From Halobacteriales archaeon QS_8_69_26 (GTDB lineage: Archaea > Halobacteriota > Halobacteria > Halobacteriales > SW-7-71-33): a stretch of DNA of 64,000 nt. The number at the start of each line of letters is the position of its first letter. The first letter of the stretch is position 1. Shown piece by piece: positions 25,025 through 35,186 of the stretch. The translations under genes were made by a program, and so were the position numbers. Below the pieces are notes generated by a model. It made no database searches. It was not told where the DNA came from and was given only the letters and a program-made list of their open reading frames with translations. The stretch covers positions 14,041-78,040 of the forward strand of contig PXRX01000022.1 of NCBI GenBank assembly GCA_003023195.1. The letters run 5' to 3'.

Positions 25025-26323
25025 ATGGACGCCCTCAAGACCGTCGACCCACTCCGGGCCGACGTGACTGACGAGGGCGGTCGGGGAGGCGACGGCACGA
25101 CCGCGAGCGGCGCGGGGGGCGATCCGACCGGAACGGCGACACCGACGGACGATCCCGAGGAGCGCCTGTTCTCGGGGCCGACGGGACGGCTCCTGCTCGC
25201 GGCGTCGGTGGGCTGGGCGGCGATCCAGTGTGGCCGACTCGTCCTCTCGCCGATGCTGCCGTCGGTGATGGCCGACCTGGGCATCGGGGAGTTCGAGGCC
25301 GGGGTCGCGTTCACCGTCATGTGGGGGCTGTACGCGCTCCTGCAGTACCCCAGCGGGCGGCTCTCCGACCGGCTCTCGCGGCCCTCGCTGCTGGTGCCCG
25401 GCCTGGCGCTGGTGTCGGTCGGCTTCCTCTTGCTCTCGCGGGCCCAGTCCTACCCGCCATACCTGCTGGGCGCGGCCGTCGTGGGGGTCGGTGCGGGGCT
25501 GTACCCGACCGCCGCCCGGGCGCTCGTCTCGGACCTGTTCGTCCGGCGACGGGGACAGGCCTTCGGCCTCCACACCGCCTCGGGGGATCTCGGCGGGGCG
25601 GCCGCGGCGGGGCTGGCCGTCGTCGTCCTCGGCGCCGCGACCTGGCGGTCCGCGTACGCGCCCGTCGTCGCCGTCCTGGCCGTCGTCCTCCTCGCGCTCC
25701 ACCGCTGGCGGCGCGAGCCCTACGAGTGGCGACGCGTCCCGCTGGGGGTCCGCGAGACCCTGGTGCGCCTGTTCGGCCAGCGCCGGATGGCGACGCTGGT
25801 CGGTGCCTACGTCCTCTACGCGTTCACCTGGCAGGGCGCGGTCGGGTTCCTCCCGACCTTCCTCCAGCGGACCAAGGGCTTCTCGCCCGGCTTCGCGGGT
25901 GGCGGGTTCGCCGCCCTGTTCGTCGTCGGTGCCGCCGTCAAGCCGGTATCGGGGTGGCTCGGGGACCGCCTCGCCAAGCCCCTCGTCGCCGCCGGCGGCC
26001 TGGTGCTGGGGGCGACCGCCCTGGCGGGCACACTCCTGGTGGAGGGGTCGGTGGCGGTGTCGGTCGGCGTCGTCGGCTTCGCCGCCGGCCTGATGGCGTT
26101 CCCGCCGGCGATGCAGGCGTTCCTGATGGACGTCTTCCCCGACGGGAGCATGGGCGGGGACCTCGGGGCCGCCCGCTCCGTCTACATCGGCCTCGGGAGC
26201 CTCGGCCCGACCTACGTGGGCTTCGTCGCCGGATGGGCCGGCTACGGGCCCGCGTTCGCCGGGCTGGCGGTCTGTCTCGTCGTCAGCGCGGCCGCGGTGC
26301 TGGGGCTGGGGCTGACGCGGTAG
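25025..26323 (+). CDS. MFS transporter
   Basis: 12 predicted TM helices with the PSGRLSDRLSRP loop motif (MFS signature between TM2 and TM3). An alternative GTG start lies at 25001. Confidence 0.75.
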   Translation: MDALKTVDPLRADVTDEGGRGGDGTTASGAGGDPTGTATPTDDPEERLFSGPTGRLLLAASVGWAAIQCGRLVLSPMLPSVMADLGIGEFEAGVAFTVMWGLYALLQYPSGRLSDRLSRPSLLVPGLALVSVGFLLLSRAQSYPPYLLGAAVVGVGAGLYPTAARALVSDLFVRRRGQAFGLHTASGDLGGAAAAGLAVVVLGAATWRSAYAPVVAVLAVVLLALHRWRREPYEWRRVPLGVRETLVRLFGQRRMATLVGAYVLYAFTWQGAVGFLPTFLQRTKGFSPGFAGGGFAALFVVGAAVKPVSGWLGDRLAKPLVAAGGLVLGATALAGTLLVEGSVAVSVGVVGFAAGLMAFPPAMQAFLMDVFPDGSMGGDLGAARSVYIGLGSLGPTYVGFVAGWAGYGPAFAGLAVCLVVSAAAVLGLGLTR

Positions 26324-26397
26324 GGATCCGGACCGGAGTGGGCGAACCGACGCCTCCTGCCCGTCGGATCGTGGACCGCTTCGGCGGCGCGTGACCG

Positions 26398-27405
26398 CTA
26401 GAAGTCGTAGGGACCGGGCTTGGTTTCGGTGAGCCGTTCCACCTGCTCGTCGGAGAGGTCGATGGTCGCGGCGGCGAGGTTCTCCTCCAGTTGCTCGACG
26501 GTGCGGGCGCCGACGATGGGCGCGGTGACGCCGTCGCGGTGCATCAGCCAGGCGAGGGCGGTCTGTGCGGGGGTCGCGTCCACCTCGCCCGCCACCTCGT
26601 CGAGGACGTCGTGGGCGTCGAAGTTCTCCTCCGTCAGGTAGGCGTCCTCGAACCTGCTGGACTCGGCGGCGCGGGACTCGCCGGTCAGGCCCTCCTCGCG
26701 GTCGTACTTGCCGGTCAGGAACCCCTGGCCCAGCGGACTCCAGGGACAGACAGCGATCCCGTAGTGACGGGTCATCTCCAGGTAGTCGCCCTCGATTTCC
26801 CGGTCGACGAGGTTGTACCGCGGCTGGGACACGGTGAACGGCTCCCAGCCCTCGCGTCGTGCGATCTCGTTGGCCTTCGCGACCTTCCAGGCGTTCGGGC
26901 GGAGGGTGGAGGCCCCGAGGTAGTGGACCCTCCCGTCCTCGACCAGGCCGTTCAGGGTCTTCAGCATCTCGCGGGCCGGCGTCTCGTCGTCCCAGCGGTG
27001 GATGTACAGGACGTCGACGTAGTCGGTGTCGAGGCGGTCGAGGATCGCGTCGACCCGGTGGCGGACGTTCTTTCGGTTCGTGCCCCGCGAGTTGGGGTCG
27101 CCGTCGCGGATCTGCCAGTAGATCTTCGAGGCGATGGTGAACCGTTCGCGGTCGCGGTCGTCGAGCCAGTCGCCGATCCACTCCTCGCTGGCGCCGCCGC
27201 CGTAGACGTCGGCGGTGTCGATGAACCGGCCGCCCGCCTCCTCGTAGGCGTCCAGCAGTTCGTGGGCCCGCGCCTCGTCTATCTCGACGTTGCCTTCCTC
27301 CGTCTCCTTGCCGAATCGCCACGTCCCGAACTGGAGTTCGCTCGTCCGCAGTCCGGTGTCCCCGAGTGGAACGAACTCCAGGTCGATCTCCGATAGCTGA
27401 GTCAT
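26398..27405 (-). CDS. aldo/keto reductase
   Basis: MTQLSEIDLEFVPLGDTGLRTSELQFGTWRFG...FIDTADVYGGGASEE...YLGAS... are classical AKR motifs. ATG at 27405. Confidence 0.85.
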   Translation of the reverse strand: MTQLSEIDLEFVPLGDTGLRTSELQFGTWRFGKETEEGNVEIDEARAHELLDAYEEAGGRFIDTADVYGGGASEEWIGDWLDDRDRERFTIASKIYWQIRDGDPNSRGTNRKNVRHRVDAILDRLDTDYVDVLYIHRWDDETPAREMLKTLNGLVEDGRVHYLGASTLRPNAWKVAKANEIARREGWEPFTVSQPRYNLVDREIEGDYLEMTRHYGIAVCPWSPLGQGFLTGKYDREEGLTGESRAAESSRFEDAYLTEENFDAHDVLDEVAGEVDATPAQTALAWLMHRDGVTAPIVGARTVEQLEENLAAATIDLSDEQVERLTETKPGPYDF

Positions 27406-27529
27406 GTCCGTTTCCAGGGACGAGCGGCGCGGGGAAAAGCGTATAGCTATCGGTGATACCGGGCGCTGGCGGAACGGTTCCGGGGCATCGACGAGGGACG
27501 GATCGACACCGACGTTGGCCCCCGGTCGG

Positions 27530-29170
27530 TCACTCCATCTCGTAGCCGGCGATGGCGGCCATCGCCTGCCGGTAAGCCATCCCAGACGCGAGGGCCGCCA
27601 GGACCAGGGTGAGGCCGATCCCACCGGCGGCGACGGTCGTTGCCGGCGGGCCGCCGGCCGCGTCCACCGCGCCGGCCCACCCCACCCCGACGGTGGCCGG
27701 GAGCCCGACGACCGCCATCGCCAGCAGGAAGGCGGTGGTGGCCCAGAGCTTCGGCGGACGGATCCCGGACCCCGAGGGTCGGAGCCCCTCCAGGTTGGGC
27801 ATCGCGACGCCGACCCCGAGCGAGACCAGCGCCGCAGCGACCGACAGGGCCGCACCCAGGAGCGCGACCGTCAGGAGAGTCAGCGGCGGACCGCCGGTGG
27901 CGATGCCGGCCACGAGGGCGGCGACGGCGACCAGTGGAGCGCCGGGCAGGACGGCCGCCAGCGCGTAGCCGTGGACCAGGTGGCGACCGCCTCCCTGGGC
28001 GGTGAGCGCCGCCTGGAGGCCGACGCCGGCGGCGCCGAGGGGGTTCAGCGTCGGTCCCATCCCGACCGTTGCGGCGCCGTACACCGCGACGACGACCGGG
28101 AGCGCGGCCGGCCGGCGGGCGACGACCTCGACGCCCGAACTCGCGACCAGCGCCAGGGGGAATGCGGCGAACACCAGTGCCCGCGGCTCCCGTCTGACCC
28201 GGAGCCAGACGGTCCGGGCGACTGCCCGGGCGGGACGGCCCGCGACGACCGACAGGGCCGCCCCGTCCCCGGCGAGCACCGTCGCCGACGCTCCCCCGTC
28301 GTCCTCGGGGGCCGGCGGGTCGGCGTACCACACCCGCTCCGCCAGCGGCACCGACAGCGCCCCGAACGCGACGGCGACGACCGGCGACGCCGCCAGGACT
28401 GCCGCCGCGGCGACGGGGTCGCCCCCCAGGCCGAGGAGGCCGACGTCGGCGTACCACCCGACCGGGGTCGCGGCCAGCAGTTCGATCGACTCCCGGATGC
28501 GGGCGAACAGGAGGAAGTACCCGACCACGAGCGGTGCCCCGGCGACGAGGCGGTGCTCCCGGAGGACGCCGACCCGGCGGAAGGCCGTCCGGACGAGCAA
28601 CGCGATGACGAACCCGGCCGGGACGGCCGTGGCGACCATCGCCGCCCCGGCGAGGACGAACAGTGCGGTGGCGGCCGGCGACCCCGACCCGGCCCCGAAG
28701 GCGACGGCGCCGGCGACGACGACGACGCCGAACTGCAAGCCCATCAGCAACACGTTCCAGAGCAGTCCCCCGACCGCGACCGACCGCGGGCCGGCCGCCA
28801 GCAACATCGTGTCGACGTGGGAGTCCATCGCGCCCTCCGTCGTCTCCTTGAGGACGGTCAGGAACAGCGTCAGGACGAACACCACGCCGGCGAACCCCCG
28901 GACGATCCCGCGGGGACCGGCCACCTCGCCGGCCGCGACCCGGCGACCGAAGACGTACCCGCCCGGCTGGGACCACAGCGACTCGAACCCCGCCACCGGC
29001 AACTGGCCGACGGCCACGACTGCCCCGAACAGGACGGTGAAGCCCTGGAGGAACGCCAGCCAGGGGTGGGCCAGTATCTTCCGGAACTGCCGGCGGAGGC
29101 TCACGACCGCTATCAGCCACGCCCGCCGGAGCCAGGGTGGGACACCCGGCACTGACCCTGTCTCAGCCAT
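27530..29170 (-). CDS. multi-pass membrane protein, putative permease of the adjacent ABC exporter
   Basis: 546 aa with at least 10 hydrophobic helices. It overlaps the upstream ABC ATPase gene by 8 nt, indicating an operon. Confidence 0.65.
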   Translation of the reverse strand: MAETGSVPGVPPWLRRAWLIAVVSLRRQFRKILAHPWLAFLQGFTVLFGAVVAVGQLPVAGFESLWSQPGGYVFGRRVAAGEVAGPRGIVRGFAGVVFVLTLFLTVLKETTEGAMDSHVDTMLLAAGPRSVAVGGLLWNVLLMGLQFGVVVVAGAVAFGAGSGSPAATALFVLAGAAMVATAVPAGFVIALLVRTAFRRVGVLREHRLVAGAPLVVGYFLLFARIRESIELLAATPVGWYADVGLLGLGGDPVAAAAVLAASPVVAVAFGALSVPLAERVWYADPPAPEDDGGASATVLAGDGAALSVVAGRPARAVARTVWLRVRREPRALVFAAFPLALVASSGVEVVARRPAALPVVVAVYGAATVGMGPTLNPLGAAGVGLQAALTAQGGGRHLVHGYALAAVLPGAPLVAVAALVAGIATGGPPLTLLTVALLGAALSVAAALVSLGVGVAMPNLEGLRPSGSGIRPPKLWATTAFLLAMAVVGLPATVGVGWAGAVDAAGGPPATTVAAGGIGLTLVLAALASGMAYRQAMAAIAGYEME

Positions 29171-29978
29171 CCTCGGTGTCCGGGTGATCGGCTCTGTGTG
29201 GTTGCTCTTCCCGGGTGACCCGCAGGAACACCTCCTCCAGGGAGCCGCCGTCGCCCTCGGCGCGGTCCTTGAGTCGCTCCGGCGACCCCTCGGCGACGAG
29301 GCGGCCGTCGTGGAGCACCCCCACGGTATCGGCGAGTTCGTCGACCACCGGGAGGATGTGCGTCGAGAGGAAGACGGTCATCTCGCGGTCGGCCAGGTCG
29401 GCGATGGCCTCGCGCATCGTCCGGGCGGCCCGCGGGTCCAGGCCCGAGGTCGGTTCGTCGAGGAAGACGACCGACGGTTCGTGCAACACCGCCTGGATCA
29501 CCCCGACCTTCTGTTTCATCCCCTTCGAGTAGCCGTCGATCCGCCGGTCGGCGTCCCCCGCCAGGTCGAACCGGTCGAGGAGGGCGTCGATCCGTGGGGT
29601 CGCCTCGCCCCGGGGCAGGTCGCGCAGGCCGGCGGCGTACTCCAGTTGCTCGCGGGCGGTCAACTCGTCGTAGACCGGCGGCTCCTCGGGCAGGTAGCCG
29701 ACGTGCCGGGTGACGGCGTCCCGGTTCTCGATGGACGCACCGGCGACCCGGGCGGTCCCCTCGCTCGGCCGGGTCAGCGTCGTCAGCATCCGCATCGTCG
29801 TGGTCTTCCCCGCACCGTTCGGCCCCAGGAAGCCGTAGACAGACCCGCGGTCGATGGAGACGGAGAGGTCCTCGACGGCGCTCACGTCGCCGTACCGCTT
29901 CGCGAGATTCTCCGTGACGATGGCGGGATCCGCGGACCCGTCGTTGTCCGACCCGTCGGCGTCCCCCGGCTGACTCAT
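29163..29978 (-). CDS. ABC transporter ATP-binding protein (ABC-2/DrrA-like)
   Basis: Walker A GPNGAGKTT, signature YSKGMKQKV, Walker B VVFLDEPTSGLD. ATG at 29978. Confidence 0.85.
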   Translation of the reverse strand: MSQPGDADGSDNDGSADPAIVTENLAKRYGDVSAVEDLSVSIDRGSVYGFLGPNGAGKTTTMRMLTTLTRPSEGTARVAGASIENRDAVTRHVGYLPEEPPVYDELTAREQLEYAAGLRDLPRGEATPRIDALLDRFDLAGDADRRIDGYSKGMKQKVGVIQAVLHEPSVVFLDEPTSGLDPRAARTMREAIADLADREMTVFLSTHILPVVDELADTVGVLHDGRLVAEGSPERLKDRAEGDGGSLEEVFLRVTREEQPHRADHPDTEDG

Positions 29979-30149
29979 TGGGTGGATCCTGCGGGACGGC
30001 GGGTCAAGAATGCACGGATCCGGACCCCGTCGGGGGACCGACTCCCCCATCGCGACGGTCCCCCGGTCGGATCCCGGGTCGCACCGACGGATCGCGGGTC
30101 GGGCCCGTCCCGCCGTCCGGTCGTACCGACGGATCGCCGTTCCCGGCGG

Positions 30150-31043
30150 TCACTCGCCGTACTGGCCGTAGTCGATGTCGACCCAGTACGTCTCGCCCTC
30201 GTAGCGGACGATCCAGGTGCCCTCGTGTTCGTCCTCCTCGACCGCGTCGTGGCGCTGGAACTCGTCGATGACCGACTCGAAGGCGGAGTCGCCGTTCTCG
30301 TCGGCGGTGTAGCCGCCGTCGATGGCCGACTCGACCACCGACCGCTCCTCCTCCGAGAGGCCGTCGAGCGTGAACTCGTACTCCTCGCGGAGCTGGCTCC
30401 CGTAGGCCGCCACGCCGGGGGCGACCTCCTCGGCGGTGTACCGGTAGGTGTTCACCGTCACCGGTTCCGTCTCGACGTCGACCCGGTACCGCTCTCCCTC
30501 GTAGGTCACCACCTGGTACTCCTGGGGGCCGACCAGCACTGACTCGGCGGCCTCCGAGTCGTTGTACCGGGTGCCGACGCCGACGTCGTAGCCCTCGCCC
30601 CCGTCGCGCTCCGGCGGGAAGAGGGGGGCGACCCGTTCACGGTCCACCGCCGGGAGGTCGCCGTAGGCGATGGCGTCGCCCGAGGCGTCCTCGGGGTCGT
30701 AGTCGACCCGGACGTCCGCTCTCGTCTCCTCGTGGCTGCCGACGACCTCGTAGGAGAGGTTGTAGACGCCGTCGTCGGTGCCGTACGGCCCGAGCCGGCG
30801 CACCGGCGGGCCGGTGCCGTCGATGGTGGCCGACCCGGTCGCTATCGCCTCGCGGACCGTCTCCGCGTCGTCGTGGGCGCGGTCCGGGGCGTCGGGCGGC
30901 GGCGTCGGGACGTCGAGGGTCGCCTCGTCGCCGATCCCGGCGTCGTCCACCTGTTTCATCTCCATGGAACCGGGGGACGAACAGCCGGCGAGCGCGAGGA
31001 GTGCGAGGAGGGCGGTCGCGGCGAGGACGGTTCGACGGCGCAT
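30150..31043 (-). CDS. secreted lipoprotein, function unknown
   Basis: MRRRTVLAATALLALLALAGC is a lipobox signal, followed by an acidic mature domain. Confidence 0.65.
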   Translation of the reverse strand: MRRRTVLAATALLALLALAGCSSPGSMEMKQVDDAGIGDEATLDVPTPPPDAPDRAHDDAETVREAIATGSATIDGTGPPVRRLGPYGTDDGVYNLSYEVVGSHEETRADVRVDYDPEDASGDAIAYGDLPAVDRERVAPLFPPERDGGEGYDVGVGTRYNDSEAAESVLVGPQEYQVVTYEGERYRVDVETEPVTVNTYRYTAEEVAPGVAAYGSQLREEYEFTLDGLSEEERSVVESAIDGGYTADENGDSAFESVIDEFQRHDAVEEDEHEGTWIVRYEGETYWVDIDYGQYGE

Positions 31044-31158
31044 GCGTAGGAATCCGGTGTACCCACCTGAAAACCTTCTGTCCCGTTTCAGACCGAGAGA
31101 CGAAGGGTGAAGACCGGGGGTTCGGGCCGCTCGCGGGGGTCCGGCCCCTCGACGGCAG

Positions 31159-32310
31159 TCAGTCGCCGTGGACCTCGAAGTCGATGGCGGCGCCCTGCCC
31201 GAAGCCGACACACAGCGTCGCGAGACCGCGGCCGCCGCCCCGCTTCCGAAGTTCGTGGATCAGCGTCACCGGCAGGCGGGCGCCGGAGGCGCCGAGGGGG
31301 TGCCCGATGGCGATTGCGCCGCCGTTGACGTTGAATATCTCGTCGTCGACGCCGAGTTCGTCGCGGGCGTAGACGGTCTGGGAGGCGAAGGCCTCGTTGA
31401 GTTCGACGAGGTCGTAGTCGTCGACGTCCCGGTCGGTCCGCTCCAGGAGGCCCCGCGTGGCGGGCACCGGACCGATCCCCATGACCGTCGGGTCGACGCC
31501 GGCGACCCAGTTCGACCCGACTTCGGCCAGCACGTCGAGGCCGTGGTCCTCGGCGAAGCCCTTGCTCGTGACCAGCGTGGCGGCCGCGCCGTCGGATATC
31601 TGCGAGGAGTTGCCCGCGGTGACGTTCTCGACGAACGCCGGCGGGAGCCCCTGGAGGGTCTCGAAGTCGGTGTCGGGGCGGATCCCCTCGTCCTCGTCGA
31701 CGGTGCCCTCGTCGGTCTCGATGGGGACTATCTCGTCGTCGAACCGGCCCGAATCCGTGGCCTCGGCCGCTCGCTGGTGGCTCTGGACGGCGTAGCGGTC
31801 CATCTCCTCGCGGGAGACGTCGTACTCGCGGCCGACCTTCTCGGCGGTCATCCCCATCTGGAGCTCCGCGAGGTTGTACTCCTCCTGGAGGCGCGGGTGG
31901 AACGACCGGCCGTCGTAGGCGCCCTCCATCGGCACGCGGGTCATCGACTCGACGCCGCCGGCGATGATGGCGTCGCGCTGGCCCGCCCGGATGGCGTCGC
32001 TCGCGCTGATCACGGCCTGCATCGAGGAGGCACACCACCGGTTGATCGTCGTCCCCGGCACGCCCTCGCCCAGGTCCGAGAGGAGGGCGATGATCCGTGC
32101 GAGGTTGTTGTCCTGTTCGCCACGCTGCTGGGCGCATCCCCACATCAGGTCGTCGATGTGCTCGGCACCGAGGCCGGTCTCGGCCAGTATCGTGTCGATC
32201 AGCGGGACCGAGAGGTCCTCGCTCCGGTGGTCGGCGAAGACCCCGTCCTGCCGACCCTGGGGCGTCCGGTATGCCTTGGCGATGACTGGTGTGGTGTAGT
32301 CCGAGGCCAT
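31159..32310 (-). CDS. acetyl-CoA C-acetyltransferase (thiolase)
   Basis: NRWCASSMQAV (active-site Cys), NEAFASQ, and GGAIAIGHPLGASGARL...CVGFGQG thiolase signatures. Confidence 0.9.
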   Translation of the reverse strand: MASDYTTPVIAKAYRTPQGRQDGVFADHRSEDLSVPLIDTILAETGLGAEHIDDLMWGCAQQRGEQDNNLARIIALLSDLGEGVPGTTINRWCASSMQAVISASDAIRAGQRDAIIAGGVESMTRVPMEGAYDGRSFHPRLQEEYNLAELQMGMTAEKVGREYDVSREEMDRYAVQSHQRAAEATDSGRFDDEIVPIETDEGTVDEDEGIRPDTDFETLQGLPPAFVENVTAGNSSQISDGAAATLVTSKGFAEDHGLDVLAEVGSNWVAGVDPTVMGIGPVPATRGLLERTDRDVDDYDLVELNEAFASQTVYARDELGVDDEIFNVNGGAIAIGHPLGASGARLPVTLIHELRKRGGGRGLATLCVGFGQGAAIDFEVHGD

Positions 32311-32666
32311 ACCCGTGGTTGGGTAACCGTGAACTTAAGTTACCTCCAACTGGCGGTCCGCGCCGCGGAGTTTACCGGGTCCCCAACGAAATGGATGGTC
32401 ACTCCTCGCGATCCCCGTCGCCCGCTCCCCCGGCGACGCCCTCGCCGTCGGCCCTCCACGACTCGCGCCGCCCGGCGAGAACCCTGGCACCGAGGAGGAC
32501 GGTCCCGGTACCGGTGAGTGCGCCGAGGACGAGCGACAGCAGGGCCGGTGGCGTCCGGAGGTACGAGAGACCGATCCCGTCCTCGGAGGGTCCGGGCGAG
32601 GACCGTGTCCCCGCCGTGGGATCGGATCCGAAACCCCCAAACCTCCCGTGTCCGTCAACCCGGGCG

Positions 32667-35060
32667 ATGAGCCGACGGTCCCCGTTCGACGCCCTCCGCG
32701 ACGACCGGACGGTCCAGGCGGTGGCGGCGCTGGCGGCCCTGGCCCTCCTCGCCCGCCTCGCCCTCCTCGGGCAACGGGTCGCCCACCAGGACGAGGCCCG
32801 CGTCGGGTACTGGACGGTCCGCTACCTGGTCTCGGGGCAGTACGAGTACCGCCCGATAGTCCACGGGCCGTTCATCCCCGTCGTCACCCGGCCCGTCTTC
32901 GCGGCGATCGGTCCCTCCGACTTCGCCGCCCGCCTGCCGATAGCGGTCGTCGGTGCGCTCGCACCGGCCGCCGCACTGCTGTTCCGGACGCGCCTGCGCG
33001 ACGCCGAGGTGGTCGCGCTGGCGTTCCTGCTGTCGTTCAACCCCGTGTTGCTCTACTACTCGCGGTTCATGCGCCAGGACGTCCCGCTGGCGACGTTCAT
33101 GCTGGTGGCGCTGGGCCTGGCGGTCCGCGCCATCGACGCGGAGCGGTCCGGGGCACGCCGCCGGTACCTCTACGGCGCCGGTCTCGCCTTCGGCCTCGCG
33201 TTCACGACCAAGGAGAACGCCCTCCTGTACCCCCTCTGCTGGGCCGGCGCGCTCGCGCTCCTGTTCGACCACCGGCTCTTCCGCGCTCGCCTCCGGGACT
33301 CCACGCCGCTGGCCGTCGCCCGGTCGTACGTCCCGGATCCCCCCGAGGACGCCGCCGTCCGGGTGCCGCCGGACGCGCGCTGGGTCGGGACCGCGGCGTT
33401 CTTCGGGGCCAACCCGGCCGTCCTCGGGGTGGGGTTCCTCGGGAGCGAGTGGCTCCTCGCGGTCGGGTTCCTCGCCGCCATCGGCGGCTACCTCCTGGCG
33501 GTCCGCGGTGCGACCGTCTGGCACTTCGTCCCCGCCCTCGGGATGGGGTGGGCCGTCGTCGCCCTCCCGACCGGCATCCTCGGTGCGCCCCAGTCGGCGT
33601 TCTGGTTCGCCCTTTGGTGGATCCCGGGGGTCCTACTCCTGTTTGACGAGCGGGCCTCCGAATACGGGACGGAGGGCCGTCGCGGGACCGCGACCGCCGA
33701 CGCACAGGAGGCCGTCGCCGACGGCGGCCGATCCCCGGACCGCCCCGACAGCGACGGGGCCGGGGGAGAGGAGGTCCCCGACGACGGCCGGACCGGGGTG
33801 GCGGGATCGGCCGACGACGGGGTCGCACCCAACGGCGGCACACCGCCCGACGACGCCCGGGACGGGGCCGCCGCGCCCGGCGAGGACGGGTGGGATCCCC
33901 GGTGGCGGTCGCTCCCGCCGCTGGGGGTCGCCTACCTGCTCGCGCTGGCCGTGGTCGTGTTCTTCTACGCCCCCCGGGGCGGCGGCTACCCCGCGCCCGG
34001 CGGGTCGGCGGGGGTCGGTCTCTGGGGGGCGATAACCTCGCTCTCGCCGGGGGCGCTGGACGCGGTGTTCTGGGACGCCACCTACGACACCTGGCAGCGC
34101 GTCTGGAGTACCTGGGCGTCCGGCAGCCACCAGGACCACGCCTACCTGCCGTACTTCAGGCACTTCGCGGAGTCGATGAGCGCCGGTGCGCTGGTCGTCA
34201 CGGTCGGCGCGGCCGGCGGCCTGGTCGTCGACCGGTACGCCCCGGACGGGCCGCGGGACCTGGTCGCCTTCGCCGGCTACTGGGGGGTCGCGAGCGTCTT
34301 CGGCTACCCGCTGGTGACCGACATCCAGGCGGCCTGGACGACGGTTCACGCGGTCGTTCCCCTGGCCATCCCCGCCGCGGTCGGCCTGGCGCTGGTCTAC
34401 CGGACCGCCCGCGGGGCGCTGGCCGACGACGACGGGGTCGGCGTGACGGTGGCGGTACTGATCCTCCTGCTGGTCGGCGCCCAGGTGGGTTACGCCGCCG
34501 GGACCGCTGTCTACCTCACCCCCCAGTCCCCCGACAACCAGCTCGTCCAGTACGCCCAGTCGTCCTCGACGGACGTGAAGCCGGTCATGCGGGACGTCCG
34601 GGTCGCGGCCGCCGAGAACGAGGACGGCGTGGACGTCCTCTTCTACGGCGACGAGTTCGACTCCACCGACGAGAGCGCCCACGACCTCCCGCCGGCGGGT
34701 CCCGGCTGGTTCGACCGGCTCCCGATCGCCTGGTACCTCGAAGTCTCCGAGTACCGGCTCGGGGGGCAGGGCGGGGACCTGGTCGTCAACTCGACCCTCC
34801 AGCAGTCCGACGTGCGCCGGTCGGACGCTCCGGTCGTCGTCGCCCTCCGGGAGACGGAGGGCAGGTCAGTCCCCTACAGCGGCGACACCATCGAGCGCGA
34901 CCTGGATGGCTACCGTGCCTACTACGGCCACCGCTACCAGCACGACAGCGGCACCACCTCCGCCATCGTCGTCTACGTCGACACCTCCCTCGTTCCGGAT
35001 CCCGCCGGGAACTACGACGCCGTCGTCGGCAACCGGTCGGCCGGCCGGATCCCCGGATGA
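32667..35060 (+). CDS. large polytopic membrane protein of the TIGR03663 / GT-C (ArnT/PMT-like) type; resembles the haloarchaeal family annotated Agl23
   Basis: ATG 32667. Many TM helices, including ...YYSRFMRQDVPLATFMLVALGLAV...FTTKENALLYP. A soluble acidic insertion of about 90 aa (33640-33900) lies mid-protein. Confidence 0.6.
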   Translation: MSRRSPFDALRDDRTVQAVAALAALALLARLALLGQRVAHQDEARVGYWTVRYLVSGQYEYRPIVHGPFIPVVTRPVFAAIGPSDFAARLPIAVVGALAPAAALLFRTRLRDAEVVALAFLLSFNPVLLYYSRFMRQDVPLATFMLVALGLAVRAIDAERSGARRRYLYGAGLAFGLAFTTKENALLYPLCWAGALALLFDHRLFRARLRDSTPLAVARSYVPDPPEDAAVRVPPDARWVGTAAFFGANPAVLGVGFLGSEWLLAVGFLAAIGGYLLAVRGATVWHFVPALGMGWAVVALPTGILGAPQSAFWFALWWIPGVLLLFDERASEYGTEGRRGTATADAQEAVADGGRSPDRPDSDGAGGEEVPDDGRTGVAGSADDGVAPNGGTPPDDARDGAAAPGEDGWDPRWRSLPPLGVAYLLALAVVVFFYAPRGGGYPAPGGSAGVGLWGAITSLSPGALDAVFWDATYDTWQRVWSTWASGSHQDHAYLPYFRHFAESMSAGALVVTVGAAGGLVVDRYAPDGPRDLVAFAGYWGVASVFGYPLVTDIQAAWTTVHAVVPLAIPAAVGLALVYRTARGALADDDGVGVTVAVLILLLVGAQVGYAAGTAVYLTPQSPDNQLVQYAQSSSTDVKPVMRDVRVAAAENEDGVDVLFYGDEFDSTDESAHDLPPAGPGWFDRLPIAWYLEVSEYRLGGQGGDLVVNSTLQQSDVRRSDAPVVVALRETEGRSVPYSGDTIERDLDGYRAYYGHRYQHDSGTTSAIVVYVDTSLVPDPAGNYDAVVGNRSAGRIPG

Positions 35061-35186
35061 CCGCTGGAGCGACCCGGACCCCCGAATGGACGCGATAGCC
35101 GACCGGATCCCACTCGTGTCGGGCGGTTCCGGACGGTCCGCCGCGTCCCGAGGACCTTAATAGGGTGTACCGAGTAGTTCCGTGGA

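Noticed and set aside
32335-32658. ORFs in the 356-bp gap between the thiolase and the GT-C-like gene, including a frame encoding a TM-like ...LLSLVLGALTGTGTVLLGA... segment.
   Set aside because: The listed 107-aa ORF is Arg/Pro/Ser-rich. The TM-like frame has no start codon between the upstream stop and its end at 32399-32401.
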